From Botryllus schlosseri (taxonomy: Eukaryota), in NCBI GenBank assembly GCA_051294905.1, contig CM119373.1, positions 3,596,001 through 3,660,000 of the forward strand: 64,000 nucleotides of DNA. Reading direction: 5' to 3'. This document shows positions 25,799 through 40,100 of this stretch, piece after piece. A program made the translations under genes and the position numbers. The stretch's first letter is position 1; each line of letters opens with the position of its first letter. The notes under the pieces are model-generated. The model was not told where the DNA came from. It saw only the letters and a program-made list of their open reading frames with translations, and ran no database searches.

Positions 25799-28243
25799 GA
25801 TGGTTTTATATTCATTTACAACAGGAGTATGCAACCTCATTCATTAAATTGGTGGATACACGACTCTTGCTTGCGACTATCAACCTCAAGTTTTTATTAA
25901 ATACAATTTATCGCTTGTATGGGCAGATGAATACACGATTACTGTATGATTACGTCTTCATGACCGCCAAATACTTCATTAACAGGATACCTTGGCCGCC
26001 TACCGACTCGGAACGAGCTTGGCAATAAATATGAAATTACACAATGTCCAAAATGCTTTACAGGTTTTGGAGTCGCAAGAAACAAGAGTAACGGAGTCCA
26101 AGCATGGCATATAGCTGTCCCGATTGCCATACTCCTACTGATAACAGCAGTTATCGTGATATTTTTGATATACAAACGGTAATATTTAGAGTATGTTTGC
26201 TGTCATTGCTTCTTTGGTAGTGCCCAAAGAAACCTGCATAACCTAATTGACTTTGACACAATTTTTAAGATCTTCCAGGTTGTTACTGACACCACTACAT
26301 TCAATCAAATTCATTGAAGTTGACTACTACCTACTAACTGGCATATGAAAATCAATTGTTTGAGCATATTCTGGATACAATTCAGAAACAGAGGAAATAT
26401 GGATATATTCTGTTGTTATATGTATGATGACTTACTCTGGTTGCAATGTTCAAAATGGAATATAAGAAACAATCGAATAATATATTCAATTGTTTATTTA
26501 AGCTCCGCCCTTCCAATCTTCAAATGTATGTATAATGTAATCTATGACTGAAAGTTAATCTTATGTAATTGAATACTTCATTGATGAAGGCAAAATTTTA
26601 CTTGCTATATAGGCCTAACTGAAAAATGATGTAAAACTATCTATACAATTCCCATTCATATATACATACACACAATTTATATTAATATGAGCTAAACATG
26701 AAAGAATTCATACATAGTTTTCAAATCTTCAGCAAGGACAAGAAAAAAGATCATGAGCACACAGCCACGATATCTGCTCCTGCGCAAGCGTAGAGAGAAG
26801 AAGATTATCAAGGGAAGAGATGCGGACACTGACCACTGATCTACTTTTAAGATGAAAATGGATCAAAAGACAGCAGTAAATTTATGGAAGCGGAAGACAC
26901 AAGTTATAGACGCAAGCCATTGGTCTGACTCGGTCAACCCACAGCTAATCAAGAACCTGGATGATCTAACACTATGCAATCTTATTATTGAAAGTACTAG
27001 TTCAAAAAGAATGGGGGGATATCCTAGTTTTTCTTGCCGTGCTTCTTCAAGGCTATAGTATGTCCAAAATTAATAGTTTGTAGATTACGGTGTGCTGGAA
27101 ATTCTCAATGCTTACATTTTATTGAAACATAAACTTTCTCGGTCAAACTTTTACTATTTGTCTTTTTCCGAAAAGATCTATTGGTATCAATAGATTACGC
27201 GTCGTCAGGAGAGGTCATTCACATTCTCATTTGTGCGCCTTGGCGTTGACTTGTACCAAAATACGTCAAGGCAGTTTGTGTGAACAGGAGTTCATGTATC
27301 ATCTAAAAAATATATTCATCTTAGGCGAAATTTCATGCCTGTGTCGGCGTATACGGTGGTACGATTGTTGATGTACAATGTTTTTCTTTTCAATTCTCTA
27401 CTAGTTGCTGACGATTACCCTTTACGACTGTCAGTCGAAAATAGCTCAATAACAATACACGTTACTATTCAATTGTATCTTGAAGGCCTGTTCCTGCAAC
27501 TCTCTTCCAATATATATTATTATCAATAAATGATGAATGGAATTATTATTATAGTGTACCTTGTAATGCACTTGATAAATTGGTAATCTGACACAAAGCA
27601 GTAGATTAAAAACATAATTCAAGGGGCTGGAAAGAGAAATAAAACACTTTGAGGCTGTACAGGAAGGATGTTTCCATCATGAAAAAGTAAATTTCCTCGA
27701 ATACCAGGAAATGGAACAAGTGAGCTCTGTCTTAGGAAACGAATTATTGCACATTGAAGCTAGGAATCCCCGTCCATTACGGTACACAAAACATATCCAG
27801 GCAAACATTCATAGCCGAGCCACAATGCGGGAACTTACGGCACATGTGTGAATTAGGGTTGATGATATATTTCATTGAGGGGGTAGAATAGGTGATGTGT
27901 AAAAAGATACTACCACAAATGATGATGTACTTTCTGATATCAAACTAGCAGACTTTGTATCCGGGTAAAATTCCATTACAATAATAAGATGAAAGAAGGT
28001 AGAGTTTATCCATGATTGTCATCGATACAAATAGTCTCATATTATACCTCTATTATTATGCAGGAGTTATATACTATTGTCATGATTTAAAAGTGATGTT
28101 TCCCAGAAAAGTAGATGAAATACGTTTCTGATGTCAAAGATAAACATATGATTTCAGAAATCAGTCAGTTCCCAGAGAGTATCATTATGATTGACAGGTT
28201 CTCAAACATTTTCAGTAGATTAACAATCTGTCCGCATTTCGAT

Positions 28244-31200
28244 ATGATGCAGAAACATAAAGACTCTCGGAAATGGAATTTGACAGCCTACATTTTCCTG
28301 ACATTTATCGGAACAGTAAAGTGTGGTAAGTTGGAGCAATCTGAGCAGAGTCACACAATCTCACTGAGGCATCTCTACAATTACAAACACAAGCTCCGTA
28401 TAGAATTACACACGGAGTTAGGATAGGAGAAGGTCATCAAAAGCCATTAATGTTTTCATGTGAATCAATTAATCAATCATATTTATATCACAATAACTTG
28501 ATTATATACAAGAGAAAAAATAACAGTAATAACAGAGCTGGAGTAAAGGGGTAGAAAATCATCAAGTCGACGGCAGTCTGCGTGCAACGGAAGAATAAGT
28601 CCTGACTAAATCAGCAATTAAATATGATCGATAAATATATGATAGGTTAAGTTTCTATTATTTTCTAATTTTGAAAATGTTACTGTGTACAAAGTATAGA
28701 GTACATCCATTTCGTTAAACAATCATTATCTGCAAATACTTCCATGAACAATAGCTCAACATTCTTCATGGTGCCTCCACAGACCGACCGAACTTCATGT
28801 CACACCCCATCGATTTTATTAATGACAAAAGCGAAAGTATTGCACTAGGAATTATTGAGTGTAGAATATTTTGCGGGGATAGTTGGTACAGCTTTCCTTT
28901 ATGTAGGGTGCCAATCCTGCGAATCAATATTTCCATAGGCTATTTGGAATATGATTGAAACCAAAATAGCGTCAGAATTGGCTGGGTGAGATTCGAGAGA
29001 AAATGAGAAAGAAATAAGACAAAAATATCAATCGCAAAGTAGTTTCAGCTCACACGGGTGTTTTGCGATAAAAATAATATAAATGGCGTTGTCAATGTGT
29101 GTATCTAATGAACTTGTGAATAAGAGTAACGCGGATACATGAGAAGATATCAATCAACTCATGAATATATGGTTAATACCCTGGTTGCAATACCATCCTT
29201 ATATGTGAAATTTGTCCATATGTTGAAGAGTATTCTGATAAAACTAGGCTTTCATTGTCCTGGCTTCATGCTTGAGACATCAAATATGAAGGGGCATACC
29301 TCTCAAATATCTCCTGGTATCAACACTTCTCAAATCACTTCCTATATGATGTAAAGGAGGCCTAACATTAAATATAATATTATTGTTATCGATTATTATA
29401 TGACATATAGTCGATGGATCTAATACATTTTCTGTATCGCACAGCATATGACAAAGACATCCTCCGATCAAGTTGTGCAGGCATAGAGGAAATCCGGTAT
29501 GATGAAAATTCTGGAGCTCTGAATGTCACCAATAAGGAAAATGTGACATGCGAATTCACAATGACCCCACTCAATCAACTGCATATCGACTTTATCCTGT
29601 TCAATACTGCAATGAATTGCACGGGTGGAAATGTGACATTTCCGGTTTCTTCAAGTGAGTACATTAAAATATTTTTCACTCATCACCAGTAGCTCAAGTA
29701 CGACGTTTTGATTCATGGTCAACCATGGTCATTTTGGCAAAATTATACTGCAAAGACTGAAGCAGGGTTGTGAACCAAGTCACAAGGTTCCAAGTAACAA
29801 GTCAAATATCACTTTTACAGTTTTGACTCGAGTCAAGTCAAGTCATTTTCAATTCACCACCGAGTCCACCGTTGTAACTCGAGTCCGAGTCTAAGTCGTT
29901 GAGCACACTGTGCAGTTTTGGGTTCAATCCGGTTCAACGTACTTTCTTCAGCTCTGCTCGAGTGATATAGAATGGCTCGCATTCATGATATCGTAATTTT
30001 CCTACGTATTAACAGTTTCCGGCCCTAATCTCGAAGTATCCGGACCGATAGATGAAACACCAATAATATGGTGACTTTACTATTCCACGAAGTTACAATG
30101 AAATGGCCGTCTTGGCCGTCCTAGCCTCAAGTCATAGGACTTGGTTCGAGTCGTGCACAACGACTCGAGAACAAGTCAAGTCTATACACAAATTGACTCG
30201 AGTCGAGTCATCTTACACATTTGAAAAAATGACTCAAGTGAAGTCGAGTCACCAAAAAATAGTGACTCGAGTCAATGCAACGCTGGACTGAGGCAATTAT
30301 TGAATTTCCTAATCAGAATACTGTGCTTCTACACGACACCCTCCCCACCAGTGTGAAACCATCAACTACACAGATATATTATAGTTAGGCACATTCCTAT
30401 GCAATTCCCTGTTTATAAGTGTTTGAGTCTGTGAAGTTAGTTTACTAGCTTAAACCCACAGACCATATTTACTTTAGAAAAATTTTCACTATTACTCAAG
30501 ATTTCATATCATTAAATCGATTTAACTGGACGGATTATAACACCAAGACAGTCCTGAATGAGATATTTATTTCAATATGAATATATCATTCTATTGTAGA
30601 TTGAAGTTCTGTGTCTCGAAGAGTCTGTTCAAATGCTGTATTGTTGTACATATTTCACATCGTAATAGCAATAAAAAATTAACAATTTAAATTAACAATT
30701 TGGAATATCAAATATTTTACAGCTGACGATGCCGACTACTGCACCAAGGATAAATGCATAGTCTACATCAGGCTAAGTAAGAAATTCTCAGACAACGATG
30801 TGCAACATATCGTCGAAAACGAATATCCCTCTTGCACCAAATTTGATATATCCCCGAAACCATTCCGCGTCCCATTTAATATAGTAGCTTCAAAAAGCAT
30901 GCGATCATTCCTACTGCGATACAAGACCTACCAGACCGGACAAATTCCTGTACCTACAACTACAGTACCAACTACAGTATCAACTATAGCACAAACTATA
31001 ACGCCAAAGGCAGCAAAGGCTACAACTACAGGTAATTATAACCGTCAAAAGACTGGAAATTACAGTGCCAGTACACATATTACAATGCATTGTATGTATG
31101 GAGCAATGGGCTGAGTGTGAGTCATAGAGATGTTACTCCTAGCCAAGTCCAAGTCATTTTGTTGACTATTCAGTGTTCAGTTTCGAATTGAAGTCTTGAC

Positions 31201-34200
31201 TTCCGTTATGTTTGCGACATCAAATTAGAAGGGGCATGTATCTCAAACACCCCCTGGAATCACCACTGCTCAAATCACTTCCTATATGATGGAAAGCAGC
31301 TTAAGGAGGCTTGTCATTAAGTAAAATATTAGTTTTTCAATGAACATATCAGATATAGTTGATCGATCTAATTCCTTTCCTGTATCGTACAGCTTATGAC
31401 AAAGATATCCTGCGAGCAAGTTGTCCAGGCATTGCGGAAATCCGATATGACGAAAATTCCGGAGCGTTGAACGTAACCAATAAGGGAAATAAGATGTGCG
31501 AATTCACAATGACCCCACTCAATCAACTGCATATCGACATCATCTTATTCAATACCGCAATGGATTGCAAGGGTGGAAATGTGACATTTCCGGTTTCTCC
31601 AAGTCAGTATATTAAAATATTTTTCATTCATTACCAGTAACCCAAGTTGGTCATTTTTATTCGGCTTACAGTATGACATCCAACATATCTTTAAGCTATC
31701 AAAACTGGAACAAAAATCTTTCTCGGATTCTATACAACGTCACGGTCGTTTAGGCAAAACTGTAGTACAAAGAATGAAGCATTACTTTAATATCTTAATC
31801 AGAATATTACATTTCTACAAGACACCCTCCCCACCAATGTGAAACCATCAACTACATAGATATGTTATAGTTAAACACATTCCTATGCAATATCCTGCTT
31901 GCATAGTTTGCTTGCTTCAACCCACACACTTTGTTCTTTAGAACATTTCATATCACTAAATCGATTCAATTGGATGGATTGTTACACTAATATAGAACAA
32001 AATGAATTGTTTATTTCAATATGAATATATTAATCATTGGTATATTCAAGTTCGGTATCTCCAAGAGTCTGTTGAAACGCTGTATTATTGCACATATTTC
32101 GCATTATAATTGCAATAAAAAATCAACAATTTGTACCATCAAATATTTTACAGCTGACGATGCCGATTACTGCACCAAGGATGAATGCATAGTCTACACC
32201 AAGTTGAGTCGCCATTACTCAGACAACGATGTTCAGCATATCGTCGAAAACGAATATCCCTCCTGCACTACATTTGACATTTCCCCGAAACCATACCGCG
32301 CTCCATTTAATATAGTAGCTTCAAAAAGCACGCGATCATTCCTACTGCGATACAAGACCTACCAAATCGGACCAATTCCCGTATCATCAACTACAGTATC
32401 AACTGGAGCACAAACTATAGCACCAAAGGCAGCAAAGGCTACTACTACAGGTAATTATAACCATAAGAAGACTGGAAATTGCAGTGTCAATATACATATT
32501 ATACGAATTATGATGGATTGAATATCATGCCAATTTCTGTCACTGATATGATGCAAGGCATGGCAAATAAGTACTCAAAATTACATTTACAGACTTGGCA
32601 ATACCATGAATTCTAATTTGGACTTCAAATGCATGTGGGTCGAATGTGTGTCATTGATATTGCGAATTGCTGCTTTCTTAAATCATGTGAGTTTTTTAAT
32701 GTAACCTGCATCGTAATACACAGCATAGCATGACACTGTGTGTCACTTTTCATTCATGTTTGATTGAAGCAGTATTGTAACCAAATCACAAGCTTCGGAG
32801 ACACAAGCCAATTTCACTTTTAAAGTTTTGACTCAAGTCCAGTCTAGTCATTTTCAATTCACAATCGAGTCAAGTCCGAGTCCAAGTTAGGTAGCAACAC
32901 GTTGAGTCTGAGTCATGGTGATGTGGCTCGAGCCCAACTTCAAGTCATTCTGTTGACTGTTCAGTTTCGTATTGAAGTCTTGTGTAATCCAGTTTTTACA
33001 ACTCTGAAGTACAATGGTTACCATCTATAATATACAAATTTCCTCACTTTTAACAGTTTCTGGTAGCGTTTTCGAGTACCAGTACGGATGGACAAAATAC
33101 CAATTGAATGGTAATTTTATCATTCTTCGAAATTGCAATGAAATGCCTGTCTTGACCTTCCAAGTCTCGAGTCTTATGACTTGGTTCGAGTAATGCGCAA
33201 TGACTCGAGTGCAAGTTTAGTCAAAGCATTGATTGATTCAAGTCGAGCCGAGTCATTTTCTTGAAAGTCAAGTCAAGTCGAGTCAACAAAAAATCGTGAC
33301 TTGAGTCGTGCCATGACTCGAGTCATTACAGCCCTGCCTTGAAGCATGCGGCTACAATGTGGTCAACATTGTAATTTATATCTCTCAGACTGAAATATCG
33401 AGCTTAAACAGTTGTGGTTTATTCAACTGTTTTAAATAAAATTTTACGAGAAAAGCAACAGTTAGGTGAAACGTACGTATCCATTTACGGTGGTAGTTCT
33501 CTACCCGTGGTGTGCGAGAACCTTCAAAGTGGTACGCGAGGAGTCCGGCGGTTTTTAGTTGTATATTTGCTGCCCTTGGCAGTGACTAAAAACAGCTGTA
33601 TACATGATAAAGATTTACTTCATCGGCGCAAGATTTCCATGTTAGTATTTTCACAGTTGATGCACAGCAAGGAAGACCAAGTAATTGGTGAGATTGGCTA
33701 ACTAGGCTACTAGGGCTAACAGACTTATCTATCAGTGTAGTAAGTAGGAGGTATGCATTCAAGGAAATCAAATACGGATGACAACAATTACCACAAAATG
33801 TGATTTGTAGGAAAACCCTTTGTAAAGCGGCCATGCAGTCCAGCTTATTAAAACAGCACCTTGACTATGACCATCCATGTCTTGACATGGAAGTATTAGC
33901 AAGGCTTGTCCGCATTTACGGGCATATTTTCGAAGAGCCAAAATCCTCTTACGAACCTGGACATGATCTCCGATGTACTGTGAGTAATGCTATACGCAGG
34001 ATAGGCAAGCTCGTTTGAAATAAACAGCTGGTTATATCACATTAAATCCTGTTTTCGTGCTAGTCATTGGTGTTATGGTATGGTAATAACGTCAAAACTG
34101 ATATATACCGGTATGTTTGAGTCAAAGAGTCATTCTGGTTCCAGGTGGTGCGAAGTGCAGTAAAAAACAATCAAGTGGTATGCCATCGGAAAAAGGTTGA

Positions 34201-34927
34201 GAAACACTGGCTTACGACAACAGATTTTTAGAATATTTAAAATCATGATTCAGAATAACTCCTAGTGGCTGATTATATACCAAGTATTCGAATAGTCCAA
34301 TTTCTATAATCCTAAAAACGGATGACTGGTCAAACAAGAGATAAGACAGACGTCGATAACATGTGAATGGGTCACAATCAAAGCAGATATACTTATATAC
34401 AACGTCACATGCATTCGTTATGCGCCAGTGGGTGCATTATAGCAAAATATACCCGTCTTCAATGTGATACAACAGATAACTGATCTAATCAACACCAAAT
34501 TTGATTTCAAAAAATTCTCAACGACCAATTACATTCATCGTTTCAATTACAAGCTGGTTACTGACAACAAAGCTGCAAACTATTTGGTTCCATGCCGCTG
34601 TGAGATAACCAAATTTCTGAATGGTATATTATTTCAGATCAGACGACGTCTTCTAATGCACAGAAGCTGACAACAGCACCAACCCCAAATTCAACAATGG
34701 GAAGTGGCGCTATCGCAGCGATCGTATCGTCTGTAGTAATCGCAACAGTTATTTTGATGTAACATTAATTCTATAGCATTTCAGAATATCAAAGTAATCA
34801 GTGATTATCTCTATACAGTGTAGGTGTGAGACAATGGATGCTGAAGCATTTAGAGACGATCGAAGATATCTCACTTTCCACCGGGACGCAACAGAAAACC
34901 GTAATTCAGATCCGACTGGAAAGCTGA
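28244..34927 (+). CDS. Gene C: type-I membrane protein with two tandem CUB-like domains (445 aa predicted)
   Basis: Exons 28244-28325 (signal), 29445-29654, 30723-31031, 31393-31602, 32154-32450, 34638-34758, 34819-34927. Total 1338 nt, open frame. TM GAIAAIVSSVVIATVIL|IVGV is split by a 60-nt intron. Confidence 0.85.
29763..30285. mobile_element. hAT-type MITE with GACTCGAGTC subterminal palindromes (copy 1)
   Basis: Ends CAGGGTTG / CAACGCTG, TSD GACTGAAG/GACTGAGG (7/8). It is absent from the paralogous intron 31603-32153. Confidence 0.85.
32770..33336. mobile_element. GACTCGAGTC hAT MITE (copy 2)
   Basis: Aligns with copy 1. TSD GATTGAAG/CCTTGAAG (6/8). A fragment of its middle also lies at ~31110-31200. 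Confidence 0.8.
33490..34209. mobile_element. Decayed hAT-derived element
   Basis: Left end resembles a ...GGTACGCGAG MITE start, right end AAAGGTTGAGAAACACTG. The TSD is not clear. Confidence 0.45.
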
Positions 34928-37115
34928 CTGAGCAGAGCTCATTTTTAATTTGCAAAATCAAAGTTTTACCATTATTTACAACTCATTATTGTACTGATTA
35001 AGTAATAGTCAAATTAAAGCATTGGCATAGAGTCGTTCACTGCTCACTGCTCTCATCAGTCTGACGTTATACACCATAAGTGTATCTTGCTATGTACAGA
35101 ACAATATAGAAAGATATGACACTGTTAAATAAAGTCGATATTAGTGTATGTCCGAATGTGTCTTGTAATGTCTAAACATTTTCGTTCCTGTATCTTTGTG
35201 CATATAATCAATGTGGTTGTATTGGATGAAATTAGAAATTTTTTGTTTTGTGTTTTCGAAATTTACTGCATATGTCTCTTGCTTCACATTGTTGCTGCAA
35301 TGGAAGCTGTCGAAAAAGCTTCAACATTAAAATACATTCACCAGCAAACGGTCAACTTGTTACATTTATAACACGGTAGCAGAGTTTGTAAGATATCGAT
35401 TTTTAGGGTTTCTGCCTCTTTTTCCTGTTGATACCGAGTTTCCATCTAATTTTCATATAATACAGCGATCTCTGATGATATATCCTACGCTGAAACTTCG
35501 TGCTGCTATTACCAAATGGTCAGGGTCAGCATCATAGTGAGATGACATACTTTCTCACATAGATTCAAATTTTCTGTGTTATAAGTAGAGTTTTGGCATC
35601 AGATTATGCCGCAAGTTTGTGGAATTCGAAACAAACCATCTGTAGCTTAATCTGACCAGTGGTTGTCATAAGTCGAAAACATTTGGTCGAATCAAATGGC
35701 AATTAGGATGGTGCAGTTGATACTCGTCTAGGGTAATAATCGGCAACTAGAAGAGAATTGGAAACACATTGTATATCAACAATCATATCACCAAATATGA
35801 CATTCATTTCAATATGAATATAGCCTACTATTCATTGTATATCGAAGTTCTGTACCTCCAAGAAGCTATTTAATCTATGTTAGGATATCAATTGTAGAAT
35901 TTATTGAATATGTTTTAGCCCAACGTGAAGAAGGGATAATTCATGAATCTAAACTACGTCAACGATTCTGAATGGAATTTTGTTCAATTCTGAATTTATT
36001 TGATAGTTGGGCTGTAATTGACCACAATGAAATACTTTAAAAGTGGAGTGAACATTGCAAGCTCCAGTTTCAGTGTTAACTATACCAAAAAAGTACTTTC
36101 CTAGAGGTGAAATTACTGAACTGACCATTATCATTTTTGACATCGGCATGAACGTATGGTTGGCTTGTCTACTTCACAGCAAACCTAATTTTGTCATACT
36201 ATGTGACATCATACCATCCTATTTATTATTTACTATGTGATTCACAGCACACTATTCTACTTAATACGGGAAGATTCAATGAATTTGTTGCAATAACGTG
36301 AAGGCATGAATGGGTATCATGTTCCTCTGTTTCCTGATATCAGAGTTTGTGGAAAGATGGTTCATACCAGAGTAATTATTCTTTGAGATCTAAAAGATTA
36401 GCCAATTCAATAGAATTACAAGCTTAGAATCGGTGTCAAATAGGGTTTGGAAATTGCTGTTGTAATCATTTGACTGACATAATGGTATTTTATTAAGGGT
36501 GGCTGGTCCTTTTATATAATTTACAAGCATACGAGCATCAAGTAGTATTGGGTGGATGACGTTTCCATGTAGCTATTGTCAAAGTAACTAGATGTGTGTG
36601 ATGGCTGATGCAAAAAAATGTTTATCAGTACCTTGGTTGAGCGGGTGAGTGTGCTTATGAACAACTAATAAGAAATACAACTATCATCCACAGTCCATTT
36701 GTAATTTTATGTAACAAATGGTATCATCTCCTCACTATGGAAATACAGCTTAACACTTTTTTATAATGACACACTTGTCATTTCAATTCCTGTCGAGACA
36801 TTCCATTCCGGAAATTGCACATGAGTATGGTAATTACATGAGGAATGGAATATTATTATTCAAGCAATGAGCAGGCTAATGGTAGGAGTTACAAGTTGCA
36901 GATGAAAGGGGTGTCTGATAAAGAAGTTCGAATTACTATTTTGTGAGTAGCAAATTTGCGCTTGCACTTTTTATATAAATTTATACACTTTTATTGCAGT
37001 CACCAACATGTTTTTGTCACTCATTACATAAATTTATTGTTATCGATGTTGTGTGATAGTGCATCTATATTCATTGATATCAGAAAAAGATTGCAATTGT
37101 ATCAACGAAATCGAG

Positions 37116-40100
37116 ATGAGAATATCACAGTGGCTGATCCTTGTATGGTACCTAGTTACCATAATTTCAACGGGTAAGCTATACAAATCCCTGAGTTAGC
37201 ATCTTTCATAGTGTTAAGGAGAATGTACGATGTACAAAAAAGAAAAAAGGGGGACTTGAGTATGATGATTGTATCATAAAATCATATTATTGACAAAATG
37301 TAAATAATGATGTCAGTGTCGACATATGAAATGTCTGACGATCCCTAACAAAATCACCAAATATATCAATTTGATGTGATGGTATTTCTGAACTAGTTTT
37401 ATCTGGCTACTAATGGTCAGTTGCGAGTCTACCTAAGCCAACTGCAAGACTGAACATCATAAGAGAGGGAAAATGTCTTTGAGAGGTCATTGTTAATGAC
37501 TTCAATGAAAAAGGGCCAGCAATTACAGAACAGATTTGTGGGGAGATTACCGTAATTTTCTATGTATAATTGAAGAGCTTCTTGGAGGTACAGAACTTCA
37601 ATATACAATTGTCAGCCGAAAATATTCGGGTTCATTTCAATATGAATATACCATTCAATTCCATGTATAATGCGCAAAATTTTCACGATCTTTTGCCCTA
37701 AAATAGGGGGGTGCGTATTATACATGGGTACAACAAGCCCTGAAAAAAATCTCCCCCGATAAAAAACTTCAAATCAGACCAATCTTCATGTTTGTTTCCA
37801 ATCGCGCATCACTTTCATCCATCGCGTAGTAATTCGTATTATAGAGTGTAGCGCGTTGCCAATTAGTGGGAAGTGGGAAGCGTGTTGCCAATTAACGAGA
37901 GTCGTGTGCACAAGAACGCGGTCTCCTGCTGAGTTGTCAAGAACGCGATATCCTGCTGAGTTGGTTTGCCGTTTGTACTCGAGTGAAATTAGGTCACTAA
38001 TAGACACTCGCGCGCAGCAATTCTCGCCAATTCATCGCGTCAACGGCAGGCCCGAACAATCGCATTTGCAATTTATACATATACAAGAGGCCATGTGCGC
38101 AATATATAATCGCTTGCATAATCAGTCGCATCTCCAACAGACCAGTTGCGCATGATATAACCGTTAGCCTAGGCGCAATCGCATCTGTAATAGGCATCGT
38201 GCGCAAGATGTCGGTTCGTTGGCCTAAACTAACTCGCCGCCGGCCTCGCAGGCTTTGGCTTCTATCTACTATCGTTTAGAGACAATACCGTTAATTGTAT
38301 AATGATTAGCAATCGCATCTGTAAAATGTCTCCTCGTGCTCAAGATGTCGTGTCGCTAGCCTGAACCATCGCGCCGCCCGCCTCGCAGGCTTTGGCTGCT
38401 ATCTACTATCGTTTAAAGACAATCCCGCTAATTGTATAATGATTAGCGATCGTTGTGTAATGATTGTTCAAGAGTGACATCGCAAAACAGAATGACATCG
38501 TATACGAAATCGGAACTATTCATGTACTGAAATGCAGGGTGCATACTATACATGGGTACCGGCTTTTTCCCAGAATTTACATGCTATTTTAGGGGTGCGT
38601 ATTATACATGGGGGCGCACTATACTTGGAAAATTACGGGATGATTGAAATGCAAAGCCTGTGCTATGTGTTGTGTAGTGTCAATAAGCAATAAGAATGTT
38701 TTATTTGTCAACCATTAAATACAAATATCATTGATACAATGTTGATACAGAAGGGAACACCCTATTGATTCGCTTGAAATCATCTCATTCGGTGTTACAG
38801 AGCTGATTCAAACCATCCGGCGTAAAAACAAATTGAAAATATTTTGTATCAATAATTTGTATTACACATTCCTAAGTTACAATGAATAATTGAATAAACA
38901 TCAAAATCAATTTTGAAAGCATTTTTTTCTTACAGCCCAGACCACATTTCTTTACGAGATGGATAAATGCAAAGGAGTGACATTGGATGATTACGGAGAT
39001 GAAGGGACTATGACAGTGTCCGGAGAATACAACCAAGTCTGTACATGGAGCGTGCCACCACAGGAATTCAGAACCTATACGGCGATAGTGATGAGATTCA
39101 CGGAACTTGATATTGACTGTGACAAGGGCTATCTGCAGATGAATGATATGAGCGGTAGGTAGTCAAGTATGGTGGCATCTTTCCTACACTCCTGCATAAA
39201 GGACATTTTCCACCATGGATATGATGCAGAGAACGTATGGTATCGGAAACGTGCCTTCAAATCAGATAAACCTAATTTACATTCAACTACAATTTGTCTT
39301 ATTTCATGTTTGGCTGTTCACTTGTCCCTTCATTTCAAGTTTATCCTTCAATTAACTGATGAGACTTGAAGGTTAATATATATAGAGAGAATTAGAAATA
39401 TAGCTACACAGTTTTCCGTGTTACATTCCAATTTGTATTATAGCTACACAGTTGTCCATATTACATTACTATTGCAAATATAGCTGCAGTTTATTCCAAT
39501 CCAGATTGCAATTAAAATTATGACTACAGTTTTTTCCGAATTTGATTAGAATGAGAAATATAACTACACAAGTTTTTTCACATTACATTAGAACAGGGGC
39601 CGCATTCAACATCTGAAAAATCCGCGGGCCGCACTAAATAAAAGTTGGATTATAAACCAAAACGCAATATTGGTATTTGATTATATAATGATAACAGGGA
39701 GATAATATATATGCTCATTTAAAACAAACCAAACATTCCTTCGGTGATATTGTACACGCGTCAGAAACAGTGGCGAGATTTCATAGGCTGGTCGACCTCA
39801 GTAACCAATTTGTCAAAACTATAGATATGAAAGTCGGTTATCCCGATTCTTAGAACAGGATTGAAATTTCAATCTGTGAGCATCGATCTGCGCATAGATT
39901 TACTAGTTCCACTTATGGTTCAGTTCCAGGACACACAATGCTGACAGCATCATAACCATGTTAGCTTCAAGCACGCTTCTACTATGTGTAGATCAGGGGT
40001 CACCAACACGCGGCCCGCGAAGTCATATTTTGCGGCCCGCGACCTGATTTGAAATTTCGGAAGAATGCTTAGTAAAGCATTTTGAAATTTTGAAATTGGA

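Larger units (their letters stand above)
13228..26793 (+). pseudogene. Gene B: paralog of A with a +2 frameshift in exon 3 (pseudogene, assembly error, or rescued by a cryptic acceptor)
   Basis: Exons 13228-13297, 13548-13757, 15678-15961, 16995-17075, 17837-17929, 18027-18110, 19527-19637, 26064-26178 (TM), 26733-26793. Exon 3 starts GTGGAAAAAAAAG versus GTGGGCAAAAG in A, giving 284 nt, out of frame. The other exons are in frame. Confidence 0.7.
4712..27700 (+). repeat. Tandem segmental duplication: unit A (~4712-11445) and unit B (~11445-27700, expanded by transposon insertions)
   Basis: Upstream regions (4712-5970 vs 11445-13227), exons, introns and 3' flanks (10574-11440 vs 26794-27700) align at roughly 75-85% by eye. 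The junction is near AATATG(G)AATTGTAA at ~11440-11450. Confidence 0.9.

Noticed and set aside
33936-33979. Possible extra stalk exon of gene C (EPKSSYEPGHDLRCT)
   Set aside because: It ends in phase 0 whereas the next good acceptor (34638) needs phase 1, and it lies within a decayed hAT element.
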